A DNA stretch of 32,000 bases from Pirellula staleyi DSM 6068 (GCA_000025185.1 CP001848.1:960001-992000); one strand, 5' to 3'; counted from the first letter of the stretch, positions 8,982 to 18,451 are shown. Made by a program: numbers and translations. Notes: generated from the letters alone by a model not told the origin.

Positions 8982-10754
8982 TCAGCGCGGCGCTTCGTAC
9001 ACCAGTCGCCCGCCGAGATAAGTGGCGAGCACTTTCGTGCCACGAATCTCGGCCACATCGCACGTCAGCAGATCCCGATCGAGGATCACCAAATCGGCCT
9101 GTTTTCCAGGCTCAATCGTACCGGCAAACGTCTCCATGCGAAGGACCCGTGCATTGAGCGCCGTATAGAACCGGAGCGCTTGCGCGCGCGTTAAGCACTC
9201 CTCGGCATGCAATTTTTGATCGAACCAACGCGCCTCACGTGTGATCGTAGTGCTGATCCCGAGCCACGGATCGTAGGGGTTGATGCTCAGCAGCGGATCG
9301 AGCTTTTGCATGTGATCGCTGCCACCACCGACCGTGACGCCGCGCTCGATGAGTGTCTTCAGAGGCTGAAAATAGCGCAGCCGCTTCTCCCCAAACTGAC
9401 CATGCAACGTGCGCGCGTCGAGATAGAGCCAGGCGGGCTGAATGTCGGCCACCACCCCCAGCTCGTGCATCCGCTCGATGGCGTCGGTTGTCAGAAAATT
9501 GCAGTGGGTGATGCAAGGCCGAGTGGCCGCGATCGGTGTTTCGGCATTCACCCGAGCATACGCTTCCAGCAGCGCTGTCACCGCACCATCTCCCACACTA
9601 TGCGCGGTGAACTGCAAACCGGCGGCTGCTGTTTGACGGACCATCGCCACCAGTTTTTCATCGTCGATCATCCGGACCCCGCGATACTCGGGATCGCTGA
9701 TCGAGTAGACCTCGCTTACTCCCCACGGCTCGCGCATGTAGGCACTGCCGGTGAGCATCCCTCCATCGAGAAACGATTTTACGCCGATGATTTGCAGCTG
9801 CTCGTCGGGCTGTGTGAGTGGATGCGCAATGATTTGCCGCAGCCGCTCTTCAATCGCTTCGATCTTCGCCGAGCCATCGAGCGCGTGCGACAAACGCAAA
9901 CGCACACTCAGTCGCTGCTCGCTTTTGAGCTTGGAATAACGGGAAATATCGTCCCCCGAGGCGTTTTTATCTGCCACCGTGGTGATCCCCACGCGATTAT
10001 AGGCCGCGAAGAGTTGCTCGAGCCGCGCGAGTCGATCGTCCTCGGTCGCAGTCTTTCCCGATGACTTCGTTTTCACGAGCCGCGTGCAGTTGCGCAGCAA
10101 TCCGGTCAGCTCTCCTGTCGCACGATCCTTCTCGATAAATCCCGTTCCAGTCACCACCGTATCGCGCGTGATCTCGCTGAGCTTGAGGGCCAGCGAATTG
10201 CACATCGCATCGGGTCCGGTCGAGAAGAGGACCGGATGTTTAGGGGCGACTTCGTCGAGTTCGCGGCGCGTCGGATAGCGGGGCTCTTTCAGCCGCGTGA
10301 TGAAAACTTGCCGCACCACAATCCACTCCCCTTCGGGAAGCACCATAGCGCGCGACTTGATATACGCGAGGACATCCGCGATCGATTGCATGTCGGGGAC
10401 CGGATGATCGAACTCGTGCATACTCGCGCTCGAGGGATGAACGTGCGAATCGATCAGCCCAGGAATCACCACCTTGCCACCGAGATCGATCACCTTCGTT
10501 TCATCACGCACCAGCGACAGAATCTCTTCACTCGTACCGACGCGCAAGATCTTGCCATCGCGCACCGCCAGCGCTTCGGCCACACGAAACTGGTCGTCGA
10601 CCGTCACAATCTTGCCACCCACGAGCACCAGCTGCGGGGAGATCGGCGCGACACCGTCGTCCGCCAAGGTGGTCGTCGCAGCAGCCGATAGTAGCGCGGC
10701 CAGCGCGAAACAGAGGCCCCAGAGATGCGGACAAAGAAGCGTGCTGGTTGACAT
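8982..10754 (-). CDS. Secreted metal-dependent amidohydrolase (Amidohydro_3 / YtcJ-like)
   Basis: The track ORF extends to 11051, but ATG 10752-10754 gives the signal peptide MSTSTLLCPHLWGLCFALAALLSAAATTTLA. HxH metal motif in VIPGLIDSHVHP, FTAHSVGD, GGSDH, and C-terminal KQADLVILDRD. Confidence 0.85.
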   Translation of the reverse strand: MSTSTLLCPHLWGLCFALAALLSAAATTTLADDGVAPISPQLVLVGGKIVTVDDQFRVAEALAVRDGKILRVGTSEEILSLVRDETKVIDLGGKVVIPGLIDSHVHPSSASMHEFDHPVPDMQSIADVLAYIKSRAMVLPEGEWIVVRQVFITRLKEPRYPTRRELDEVAPKHPVLFSTGPDAMCNSLALKLSEITRDTVVTGTGFIEKDRATGELTGLLRNCTRLVKTKSSGKTATEDDRLARLEQLFAAYNRVGITTVADKNASGDDISRYSKLKSEQRLSVRLRLSHALDGSAKIEAIEERLRQIIAHPLTQPDEQLQIIGVKSFLDGGMLTGSAYMREPWGVSEVYSISDPEYRGVRMIDDEKLVAMVRQTAAAGLQFTAHSVGDGAVTALLEAYARVNAETPIAATRPCITHCNFLTTDAIERMHELGVVADIQPAWLYLDARTLHGQFGEKRLRYFQPLKTLIERGVTVGGGSDHMQKLDPLLSINPYDPWLGISTTITREARWFDQKLHAEECLTRAQALRFYTALNARVLRMETFAGTIEPGKQADLVILDRDLLTCDVAEIRGTKVLATYLGGRLVYEAPR

Positions 10755-11022
10755 CGCGGGCTCCACAGGGCGAGATAGGCTCGGGCGAGGAACGAATCGT
10801 ACCCGACGACCGATAGCGCCTTCAAAGCGATTTTTCAGCGATTTTCCACCAAAATCCGCTCCTACAGGCAGCACAAATGGCACAAACGGCGACCAAACGT
10901 CGCCACAAATTTCGCTGGAAGTGTACAGCCACGTATACTGAAAGTGGGTCACGCAATCCAACGCGCATGACACCCATTGACCGACTTCCAACTGTGCCAC
11001 GACTGGCCACAAGATAACTCCG

Positions 11023-12474
11023 ATGCACCGGCGAGCTGAAATCTCGAGCAACGATCTGCGACGCCTTACGCGGCGCGCTTGGCTCGCGACGATGAGTGGC
11101 TCGCTCGCCTCGATCTGCGCGGGAAGCTTGCTTGCCGAGGAGCAGGCACCAACAGAGCGTGCTGCTGGGTCACTTTCGGCGCTGCATCATCCGGCGAAAG
11201 CCAAACGGGTCATCTTCCTTTGCCAAAGTGGCGCGCCGTCGCAAATCGATCTGTTCGATCCCAAACCGACACTCCTCGAGCGCGCAGGGGAAGAGCTTCC
11301 AGCAAGTGTCCGCAAGGGACAGCGCTTAACGACGATGACAAGCAAGCAGACATCGCTGCCGCTGATCGGGTCGTCGTTCACCTTCGAGAAGCATGGCGAA
11401 TGCGGACGAAGTTTAAGCGAGCTGTTGCCCTACACATCAAAAATTGTCGACAAGCTTTGCTTCATCGACTCGATGCACACCGACGCCATCAATCACGATC
11501 CCGCCATCACGCTGCTGCAAACCGGACATCAACAGCCGGGTCGACCGAGCCTCGGTAGCTGGGTCAGCTATGGACTCGGAACGCTGCGCGCCGAACTACC
11601 ATCGTTCGTCGTGATGCTCAGCGGAGGTAAACCTGGCGATCAGCCGCTGTATGGCCGTTTGTGGTCGAGCGCATTTTTGCCCGGCAAGCATCAAGGGGTA
11701 CAGCTGCGCGGCGGACGCGAGCCGGTTCTCTACCTCTCGAATCCACCCGGTATCGATCGCGCTGCGCGACGCGCGATGGTCGACACGATGGCGGCGCTCG
11801 ATCGCCTCGGAAGTCCACGGCTCGACCCCGATATCGAGTCGCGCATCGATCAGTATGAGCTGGCGCTCGGCATGCAGGACGCGATTCCGAAAGTGGCTGA
11901 TTTCTCGGGAGAAACGCAAGAAACGCTCGACCTCTATGGCCCCGATGTGAAGACTCCTGGCACCTTTGCTGCCAACTGTTTGCTCGCTCGTCGGCTGGTG
12001 GAAAATGGCGTTCGATTCGTGCAGCTCTATCATCGCGACTGGGATCATCACACGAAGATCGACTCGCGTATTCAAGAAACGTCGCTCCAGACCGATCAAC
12101 CTTCAGCGGCTCTCGTCGCGGATCTCGCGCGGCGCGGGCTCCTCGAAGATACGCTCGTGATTTGGGGTGGCGAATTCGGTCGGACTTCCTACTCGCAAAA
12201 CGATCCCGAAGGGGGCTCGTTCGGTCGCGATCATCATCCCCGCTGCTTCTCCATTTGGATGGCTGGTGGGGGTGTACGCCCCGGATATACGCTGGGCAAG
12301 ACCGACGAGTTCTCGTACAACATCATCGACTCGCCTGTTCACGTGCACGACTTGCAAGCAACGATCCTGCACTTGCTCGGGATCGATCACTTGCAGCTCA
12401 CCTATCGCACCCAAGGACGCGACTTCCGACTGACCGATGTCGCCGGAGAAGTGGTGACGAAAGTCTTGGGCTAA
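11023..12474 (+). CDS. DUF1501 domain protein (sulfatase-like fold) with Tat signal
   Basis: 483 aa. Twin-arginine N-terminus (RRLTRRAWLATMSGSLA). Motifs typical of DUF1501 include FLCQSGAPSQIDLFDPKP, GGEFGRT and GRDHHP. Confidence 0.85.
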   Translation: MHRRAEISSNDLRRLTRRAWLATMSGSLASICAGSLLAEEQAPTERAAGSLSALHHPAKAKRVIFLCQSGAPSQIDLFDPKPTLLERAGEELPASVRKGQRLTTMTSKQTSLPLIGSSFTFEKHGECGRSLSELLPYTSKIVDKLCFIDSMHTDAINHDPAITLLQTGHQQPGRPSLGSWVSYGLGTLRAELPSFVVMLSGGKPGDQPLYGRLWSSAFLPGKHQGVQLRGGREPVLYLSNPPGIDRAARRAMVDTMAALDRLGSPRLDPDIESRIDQYELALGMQDAIPKVADFSGETQETLDLYGPDVKTPGTFAANCLLARRLVENGVRFVQLYHRDWDHHTKIDSRIQETSLQTDQPSAALVADLARRGLLEDTLVIWGGEFGRTSYSQNDPEGGSFGRDHHPRCFSIWMAGGGVRPGYTLGKTDEFSYNIIDSPVHVHDLQATILHLLGIDHLQLTYRTQGRDFRLTDVAGEVVTKVLG

Positions 12475-12605
12475 TCGAGAATTTGAGAAGCTCGTGATTC
12501 GGTGTGGATGTCGATTCGTTGGTGATGATTGCTGGACGGAGCGTGGCTCGTCGATCTTCAGCCGCTCTGCTCCTGCAGTCTCTTGAAACATGATCGGACA
12601 GGCTC

Positions 12606-14000
12606 GTGACTCTCTCCTCTCCCGCGAAACGATCCCCTGCGCAACTAGCTGCGGATGTGCGCGCGATCTGGCAGGCAGGTGTCGAGGGGGTCCGGAGCGA
12701 TCGCCTGGTGCGCGAGAACATCGTGGTCGATGGAGACTACTTGCTCATCGGCGACGAGGAGCTCGATCTCGCAGTGATTCGTCACATCAAAGTGGTCGGC
12801 GCGGGAAAAGCAGGCGCGGGAATGGCGCGTGGTTTCGAACAAGCGCTCGGACCCAAATTGCTACGCGAAAAACAGGTGGGTGGCTGGCTCAACGTGCCGG
12901 CCGATTGCGTCGAACCACTCGAGACAATCACGCTGCATGCCGGTCGACCTGCCGGCAAAAACGAGCCGACTCCCGAAGGTGTTTTTGGAAGTCAGTCGAT
13001 CCTCGAAATCGCTGGAAAATGCGGGGAAAACGATCTTTTACTGGTCCTCATCTCGGGAGGCGGATCGGCCCTGCTCCCAGCGCCGGTCGATGCCATTTCG
13101 CTTGCCGATAAACTGGCGCTCACCAAGCATTTATCGGCCAGTGGCGCGAACATCAAACAGCTGAACATCGTGCGCTCGCAGCTGAGCGAAATCAAATCAG
13201 GAGGTCTTGTGCGGCACTCGCGCGCAGGGCGAATCATCTCGCTCATCATCAGCGATGTGATGGGAGACCCAATCGACTTGATCTCTTCAGGACCGACCTG
13301 CATGGGGAGTGCGACGCCTCGCGACGCGCTCGCGATTCTCGAAACATTTCACGCGCTCGAAATCGCGCCGCAAGCCACGCACTACTTGCGCGAGAAGCAG
13401 CTGAAGGTGAGCGGTGCGACGCAGCATCGCGAAGATGACCGCGTGACGAATCTCGTGATCGGCAACTTGGCCGTCGCGGTCGACTCGGCCGGTGTCGAAG
13501 CCGAGAAACGTGGCTACTCGCATACGATGCACGTCGCGCGCGAGCTAGAAGGTGCTGCGGAAGAGGTGGGTCGCTATCACGCGGCACAAGCGCGCTACAT
13601 GTGTGATACGCCGGGAAGCGATTGCCTGATCACCGGAGGAGAGCCGACTGTTTCACTTCCGCCGGAAGGAGCGCGCGGCATCGGAGGACGAAATCAGCAG
13701 TTGATACTCGCCGCTGCAGCCGATCTCGATCTGTCGTACGCAGCGCGCGTGGCGATGATCTCGGGTGGGACCGATGGTGAAGATGGACCGACGAATGCAG
13801 CGGGTGGTGTGCTCGATGAAACGTCCCTCACCAAGCTGCTGGCCGATCGTGCGGCGATCGATCGCGCGCTTGCGCGGTGCGATGCCTATCCGCTACTCAC
13901 AGCGTCGCAAGGACTCGTCATCACTGGCCCCACGCACACCAATGTTTGCGACTTGCGAGTGGTGGTGGTCGATCGTATTCAGCCTCAGCCGCACAAGTAG
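12606..14000 (+). CDS. Glycerate 2-kinase / hydroxypyruvate reductase-like protein (DUF4147 + MOFRL domains)
   Basis: 464 aa. Motifs VVGAGKAGAGMA, LISGGGSALL, ITGGEPTV and ISGGTDGEDGPT are characteristic of the MOFRL (TtuD-type) family. GTG start at 12606, so the start is uncertain. Confidence 0.8.
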   Translation: MTLSSPAKRSPAQLAADVRAIWQAGVEGVRSDRLVRENIVVDGDYLLIGDEELDLAVIRHIKVVGAGKAGAGMARGFEQALGPKLLREKQVGGWLNVPADCVEPLETITLHAGRPAGKNEPTPEGVFGSQSILEIAGKCGENDLLLVLISGGGSALLPAPVDAISLADKLALTKHLSASGANIKQLNIVRSQLSEIKSGGLVRHSRAGRIISLIISDVMGDPIDLISSGPTCMGSATPRDALAILETFHALEIAPQATHYLREKQLKVSGATQHREDDRVTNLVIGNLAVAVDSAGVEAEKRGYSHTMHVARELEGAAEEVGRYHAAQARYMCDTPGSDCLITGGEPTVSLPPEGARGIGGRNQQLILAAAADLDLSYAARVAMISGGTDGEDGPTNAAGGVLDETSLTKLLADRAAIDRALARCDAYPLLTASQGLVITGPTHTNVCDLRVVVVDRIQPQPHK

Positions 14001-14051
14001 TTCTGAGCTTATTTCGCAAGAAATACGTCGTTTTTCGCGTGCAAATTGCCA

Positions 14052-15305
14052 CTACTGCTTTCCACCTGCGATCTTCAGCGACTCGCTCATCGAGCGCAAA
14101 CGAACAAGACTGACGATGCCGACAATGGGTCCAAGCGCAAGGATGGCGAGCGCGATTCCCCAGCCCACTTGCGACTCGACAATCGGCACCAGACCGATCG
14201 TCAGGACGGTGAGCAAAAAGCCCGACGCTGTTTGCACCGCCAGTGCGCTGCCGACGCGCGCGGGATCACAAAGTTCCGAGACCATCGCGCTGAGCTGGGC
14301 GCTATCGGCCACCACACTTGCGCCCCAAAGTATCATCACGATGGTGAGCAGTACTGGATGGTCGATCAGAAAACCGGAGACCAGGGCGCAGCAGCCCGAC
14401 GTAGCGAGGCAGACGATCACGGTGAATGTTCGTCCGACACGATCGGCGGCGAGTCCCGCCGCTACGCAGGCGATGCTCCCCGCCGCGACGAATGCGAAAC
14501 CGGCCAGCGCTGCAGAGGTGGGTGAGAACTTGGCGCGCTCGTAGCTCTCGACCAGCAGCTTCGGTCCCCAAGTCCACGCGGCATAGAGTTCGAACATATG
14601 TCCGAGATAGCCGAGGTTCGCGCGGCGCACAGCGGTGTCGCTCCAGACGCGGAGCAGGTAGGTCCACTCGATGCGCGGCGCTTGTCGCAAATGAGGTCCG
14701 GGACGAACGAGCAGAAGCGAGATCGCCGCAGCGATGAGCGCCAGGAGCGAGGCGAGCACGAGCACGGTCGACCACGAGCCGATGTGCGGCCAGTTGAGTG
14801 TGATGGCGCGGAGCAAATGGGGCGACGCGCTGCCGATGGTGAGTGAGCCGACGAGCAGCCCAATCGCGAAACCGCGACCTTCCACCCACCACGACGCGAC
14901 TAGCTTCATGCCGGTGGGATAGACCCCGGCGAGCATCACGCCGGTGAGCCCTCGCAGCAGTAGCACAAGCGCATAGCCAGCGACCGTTTTTCCGAAAACA
15001 TCACCGATTCCTAGCGGAATTAGCAGATTTACAAGCGCTCCGACGAGCGCTGCGAGGGCCATCAGCCGAGTCGGGGAGACACGGTCGGAGAGGTTCAGCA
15101 AACTGCTGGTAAGCGCGCCGATCACGAAGCCGAGTTGCACGCTGATGGTGAGCATCGAGAGGGCGACGGGACCGAGATTCCAGGCCACTGCTAGTTCGCG
15201 CGCGACCGCCGATGCCGAGAACCACAACGACATCGCCAGGAGTTGTACGATTGCCAGCAGCGCGAGCTGAACCCGCGCATGCTCGAGCCAATTTTTTTGC
15301 TCCAT
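14052..15305 (-). CDS. MFS transporter
   Basis: About 417 aa, hydrophobic throughout, with roughly 12 TM segments by eye. The track start is GTG at 15308 and ATG follows at 15303-15305. The start overlaps the aldolase stop (GTGATG), which suggests translational coupling. Confidence 0.8.
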   Translation of the reverse strand: MEQKNWLEHARVQLALLAIVQLLAMSLWFSASAVARELAVAWNLGPVALSMLTISVQLGFVIGALTSSLLNLSDRVSPTRLMALAALVGALVNLLIPLGIGDVFGKTVAGYALVLLLRGLTGVMLAGVYPTGMKLVASWWVEGRGFAIGLLVGSLTIGSASPHLLRAITLNWPHIGSWSTVLVLASLLALIAAAISLLLVRPGPHLRQAPRIEWTYLLRVWSDTAVRRANLGYLGHMFELYAAWTWGPKLLVESYERAKFSPTSAALAGFAFVAAGSIACVAAGLAADRVGRTFTVIVCLATSGCCALVSGFLIDHPVLLTIVMILWGASVVADSAQLSAMVSELCDPARVGSALAVQTASGFLLTVLTIGLVPIVESQVGWGIALAILALGPIVGIVSLVRLRSMSESLKIAGGKQ

Positions 15306-16102
15306 CACGCCTCAAAGAATCCTTCAAACGAACGCTTGGTCCCTTCGATACCTCGGCGATAGATGATCGCGTCCATACCGAAGGAGAGTAATTGACAGCC
15401 GAGCGACTGGACACGGCGCGCGAAGGTGGGGTTCACCGCAATGGTGCCCCACGATTTTTTGTGCTGCTGGCAAGCAGCGGCGACGCGCTCGTAGGCGCTC
15501 CAGAGTTTTTCGCTCTCCCAGTTGCCGATCACGCCGAGCTCTTGCGACAGATCGCTCGGTCCGACGAAGAGCATGTCGACATCTTGGATGGCGGCGATCG
15601 CTTCGCACTCGGCGAGAGCCCCTTCGGTTTCGATTTGAATCGCGACCAGATTGCGCTCGTTGGCGCGCTGGGCAAGCTCCGCCAAACTGAGCGCGCCGTA
15701 GTCGGCATCGAAGCCGCTCGTGTTGAGTCCCCGCCTGCCGCGCGGGGCGAATTTTGCCCAGGAAACAAACGTTTCTGCTTCTGCGGCGGTATCGATGCGC
15801 GCCGCCATCAGCCCCCCGGTTCCCGCTTCGAGATTCGCGGTCGCTTGGGCATAGCCAGTCATCGGCATCCGGACAAACGAGTCCATTCCCTGAGCGCGGC
15901 AACAAGCGCTCGCCAGAACAATCTGCTCGTAGGTGGTCGCGGCGTGCTCTTGATCGATCCAACAGCCGTGAAAACCGCCAAGCATGCCATGGAGGTCGAA
16001 AATCACGGGATGAATCAGCCGACCGACGCAAAAGACGTTGACCGGCTCGCCAGCCTGGAGACGCTGTTTGATCGAGCGGAACGAGGGGGGAGCGCTAGCC
16101 AT
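15305..16102 (-). CDS. HpcH/HpaI-family aldolase (2-keto-3-deoxy-acid aldolase type)
   Basis: 265 aa. Motifs WIDQEHA, VRMP, IQIETEGAL and LFVGPSDLS match the family pattern seen in GarL/RhmA/HpaI. ATG at 16100-16102. Confidence 0.85.
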   Translation of the reverse strand: MASAPPSFRSIKQRLQAGEPVNVFCVGRLIHPVIFDLHGMLGGFHGCWIDQEHAATTYEQIVLASACCRAQGMDSFVRMPMTGYAQATANLEAGTGGLMAARIDTAAEAETFVSWAKFAPRGRRGLNTSGFDADYGALSLAELAQRANERNLVAIQIETEGALAECEAIAAIQDVDMLFVGPSDLSQELGVIGNWESEKLWSAYERVAAACQQHKKSWGTIAVNPTFARRVQSLGCQLLSFGMDAIIYRRGIEGTKRSFEGFFEA

Positions 16103-16107
16103 CGATG

Positions 16108-16142
16108 AAAAAACTCCTGACGCCGCGCGAAGCGTCAGGAGT
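16108..16142 (-). terminator. Rho-independent terminator of the beta-propeller gene, overlapping the aldolase RBS
   Basis: Perfect 11-bp stem ACTCCTGACGC (16113-16123) / GCGTCAGGAGT (16132-16142) with an 8-nt loop. On the minus strand it is followed by TTTTT, then CATCG and the aldolase ATG. Confidence 0.8.
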
Positions 16143-16169
16143 CGAGTGACGACGAATCGCTACGGCCGA

Positions 16170-17588
16170 TTATTGCTGACGCAAATCATAGCAGAGCATC
16201 TCGTCTTGATCGCGGAGGTAGAGCTTTCCGCCAGCAATCACCGGATGGGGCCAGCTCTCGCCGTTGCGCGTCTTGATCTTGAACTTACCGTTGAGGATGT
16301 ACTTCTCGGGAGTCGCTTCGATCAGAGCCATCGTTCCGTCTTGATAGCGGAAGTAAAGCTGACCATCGGCATAGGCCACCGCGGCTGAATCGGAGCCTGC
16401 ACCACGACCGGGACGCCACACTTCTTCTCCCGTTTCGAGCTTAATACAAAGGGGAAATCCGTTGTTGTGGCCATGTCCGCTGTAGACAAAGCCATCTTTC
16501 AGGATCATGCCGCCGTGATGATTTTGCATCTTGTCGGGATCGAGAAAGTACTGCTCTTCTGCTTCGAGACGATTCCCCTTGCGGACGATTTTCAGGAGCG
16601 CCGAACCGGTTCCATAGCCGCTCGATGCAAACACATAGTCGCCACTCACCAGGGGCGTGCTGCAGTTGGCAGTGCCGTTGGCGACGCCGCCGTAGTGCCA
16701 CAGGAGCGCGCCGGTTTTGGCATTCACGCCGACGACACCACGTCCGACCAACGTGACGTATTGCTTCACACCAGCGGCGTTGCTGATGACGATCGAGGCA
16801 TAGCCAGCTCCATCGCCCCCACGATCGCCGAGCGATCCGGTGATTGGCGTGGTCCAGACAGGTTTGCCGGTCTTTTTGTTGAGTGCGGCGAGCAATGCTT
16901 TATCGCCACCGGGAGTGCAGATGACGTTGGGACCATCGATCAGGGGCGATTCGCTATAGCCCCAGCCCGACATCATTTTTCCGCCGAGATCTTTGCCAAA
17001 GTTCACGCGCCAGATCGGCTTGCCGGTCGATGCCTGGCAGCAGGCGAGATCGCCATCGAGCCCGAGCGCGTAGACCATGTCGCCATCGACGGTGGGTGTG
17101 CAGTTGGGATCGCCACCGCCACCAATCGGAGTGGTCCAAAGGACACTGCCATCTTTCAAACTGGCAGCGATGATGCAGTTTTGGCCCTCTTTCTTCCCCA
17201 TGGTGAAGAGGCGGCCATTGGAGACTGCGACACTGGCATAGCCGCCACCAAAACCTTTCGATTGCCACAGGAGCGGAGGTCCGTCGTCGGGCCAAGTTTT
17301 GAGGAGCCCAGTTTCGGCCGAGAGGCCATCGCCAGCAGGTCCGCGCCAGCGCGACCAGTCGCCGCGCTTGGCTTCTTCGACCGCGCTGCTGCTGCCAGCA
17401 GCGGCCGGAGCGGCGACGTAGACCACTTCGCTTTCGCCCGCGGTGACGAGCTGGGTTTCGCCCGTGGTTTCGGTCGGCTCGACCTCGCCGAACTCAGCGG
17501 GGGGCTGAGCGGCACAGCCGATCGCGGTGCTCCCGGCGAGCACGAGGAGCAGGAACCGTTCTTTGAGTCGCACAGCAGTCCGTTTCAT
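16170..17588 (-). CDS. PQQ-like beta-propeller repeat lipoprotein (BamB-like fold)
   Basis: 472 aa. Signal peptide with a lipobox-like AIGC (LLVLAGSTAIGCA). Repeated propeller motifs: SLKDGSVLWT, QASTGKPIWR, LNKKTGKPVWT, NAKTGALLWH and KLETGEEVWR. Confidence 0.85.
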   Translation of the reverse strand: MKRTAVRLKERFLLLVLAGSTAIGCAAQPPAEFGEVEPTETTGETQLVTAGESEVVYVAAPAAAGSSSAVEEAKRGDWSRWRGPAGDGLSAETGLLKTWPDDGPPLLWQSKGFGGGYASVAVSNGRLFTMGKKEGQNCIIAASLKDGSVLWTTPIGGGGDPNCTPTVDGDMVYALGLDGDLACCQASTGKPIWRVNFGKDLGGKMMSGWGYSESPLIDGPNVICTPGGDKALLAALNKKTGKPVWTTPITGSLGDRGGDGAGYASIVISNAAGVKQYVTLVGRGVVGVNAKTGALLWHYGGVANGTANCSTPLVSGDYVFASSGYGTGSALLKIVRKGNRLEAEEQYFLDPDKMQNHHGGMILKDGFVYSGHGHNNGFPLCIKLETGEEVWRPGRGAGSDSAAVAYADGQLYFRYQDGTMALIEATPEKYILNGKFKIKTRNGESWPHPVIAGGKLYLRDQDEMLCYDLRQQ

Positions 17589-17970
17589 GACAAGGGAGCT
17601 CCAAGCGGGAAAAACGTCGGGGGACGATCGTCGGCAACTTCGCCACCGACATTCAATCGTCGCGCGTGGTTCTACGATAGGTCAGTGGGGGCAAAACTCT
17701 TTCAGACAATTGATCTGCCCAGGCCTCGCGGCAGGGCTGCAGATGCAAGTCGAGCAGATTCTTGTAGCGAGAGCAAACCAGGTTCGTCTATCCTGTCAGC
17801 CGCACCACCTTGGCGGGGTAGATCGCGGTGGCTCAGCCCCCACAGGCCACAATCATCCATGGCCATCAGCCCAGCGCGTGTTACACCCCTCGGCTCCAGT
17901 TTTTGAGTAGCACCGTCCCTGCAGCAGCTTGACCTGGGCCACCTCGAAACCCGATTGAAGTGACACACTG

Positions 17971-18387
17971 ATGGCCGACGTTGATGAGCGGGCGAAGGCA
18001 GCGGGGCTGCGACCAGCTGCAAAGAGGCTGCTGGGAGTTCCCGGGGCGATCGTGGTGGCGATCCTGCTCCTGCCGCTGGGAATGCTGGGGCTTTGCGGGG
18101 TGATCGGTTCGCCGCTGGAACTCATGCGTCAGCTGGTGAAGTCGAAGGAAGAGCTGATCCGGGACGCTGCTGCCGGGGAGCTTGCGCCGCTGGGCTACCA
18201 GATCACTGCGGGACCACTCGCCATCAACGAGCCCGCCGATCGCAGCACGCTGATTGACGGGCTCTGCACCGATCCCGCAGGAGCCGAGCATCGCTTCTCG
18301 ATTCGTTTCGAGCGCACGCCGCACGGCCGCCAGTGTACCGAATTGATGATCGACGCCCGCCCCGTTCTTCTGAAACGCCCCAGATGA
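17971..18387 (+). CDS. Hypothetical single-pass membrane protein
   Basis: 138 aa with an ATG start and GC3-rich codons. One hydrophobic helix (GAIVVAILLLPLGMLGLCGVIG) followed by a ~90-aa soluble domain. No family recognised. Confidence 0.55.
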   Translation: MADVDERAKAAGLRPAAKRLLGVPGAIVVAILLLPLGMLGLCGVIGSPLELMRQLVKSKEELIRDAAAGELAPLGYQITAGPLAINEPADRSTLIDGLCTDPAGAEHRFSIRFERTPHGRQCTELMIDARPVLLKRPR

Positions 18388-18417
18388 ACCAACCGCTGCC
18401 TGTGGCGAGTTGGTTCA
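18385..18417. terminator. Inverted repeat / possible bidirectional terminator hairpin between convergent genes
   Basis: Perfect 9-bp arms TGAACCAAC / GTTGGTTCA with a 15-nt loop, overlapping the TGA stop at 18385-18387. There is no clear U-tract on either strand. Confidence 0.3.
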
Positions 18418-18451
18418 GGAGCACAAATTCATCCGCAAGCGCTGCGGAGCG

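Noticed and set aside
10755-11051. N-terminal extensions in the ORF track (amidohydrolase to 11051; TPR from 4304; helical protein to 24075; L2 from 21897; korA from 25378; ARH to 31386)
   Set aside because: In each case an internal ATG gives a proper signal peptide or family-typical N-terminus and/or has an RBS. The extensions use TTG/GTG or lack coding character, and some would overlap neighbouring genes.
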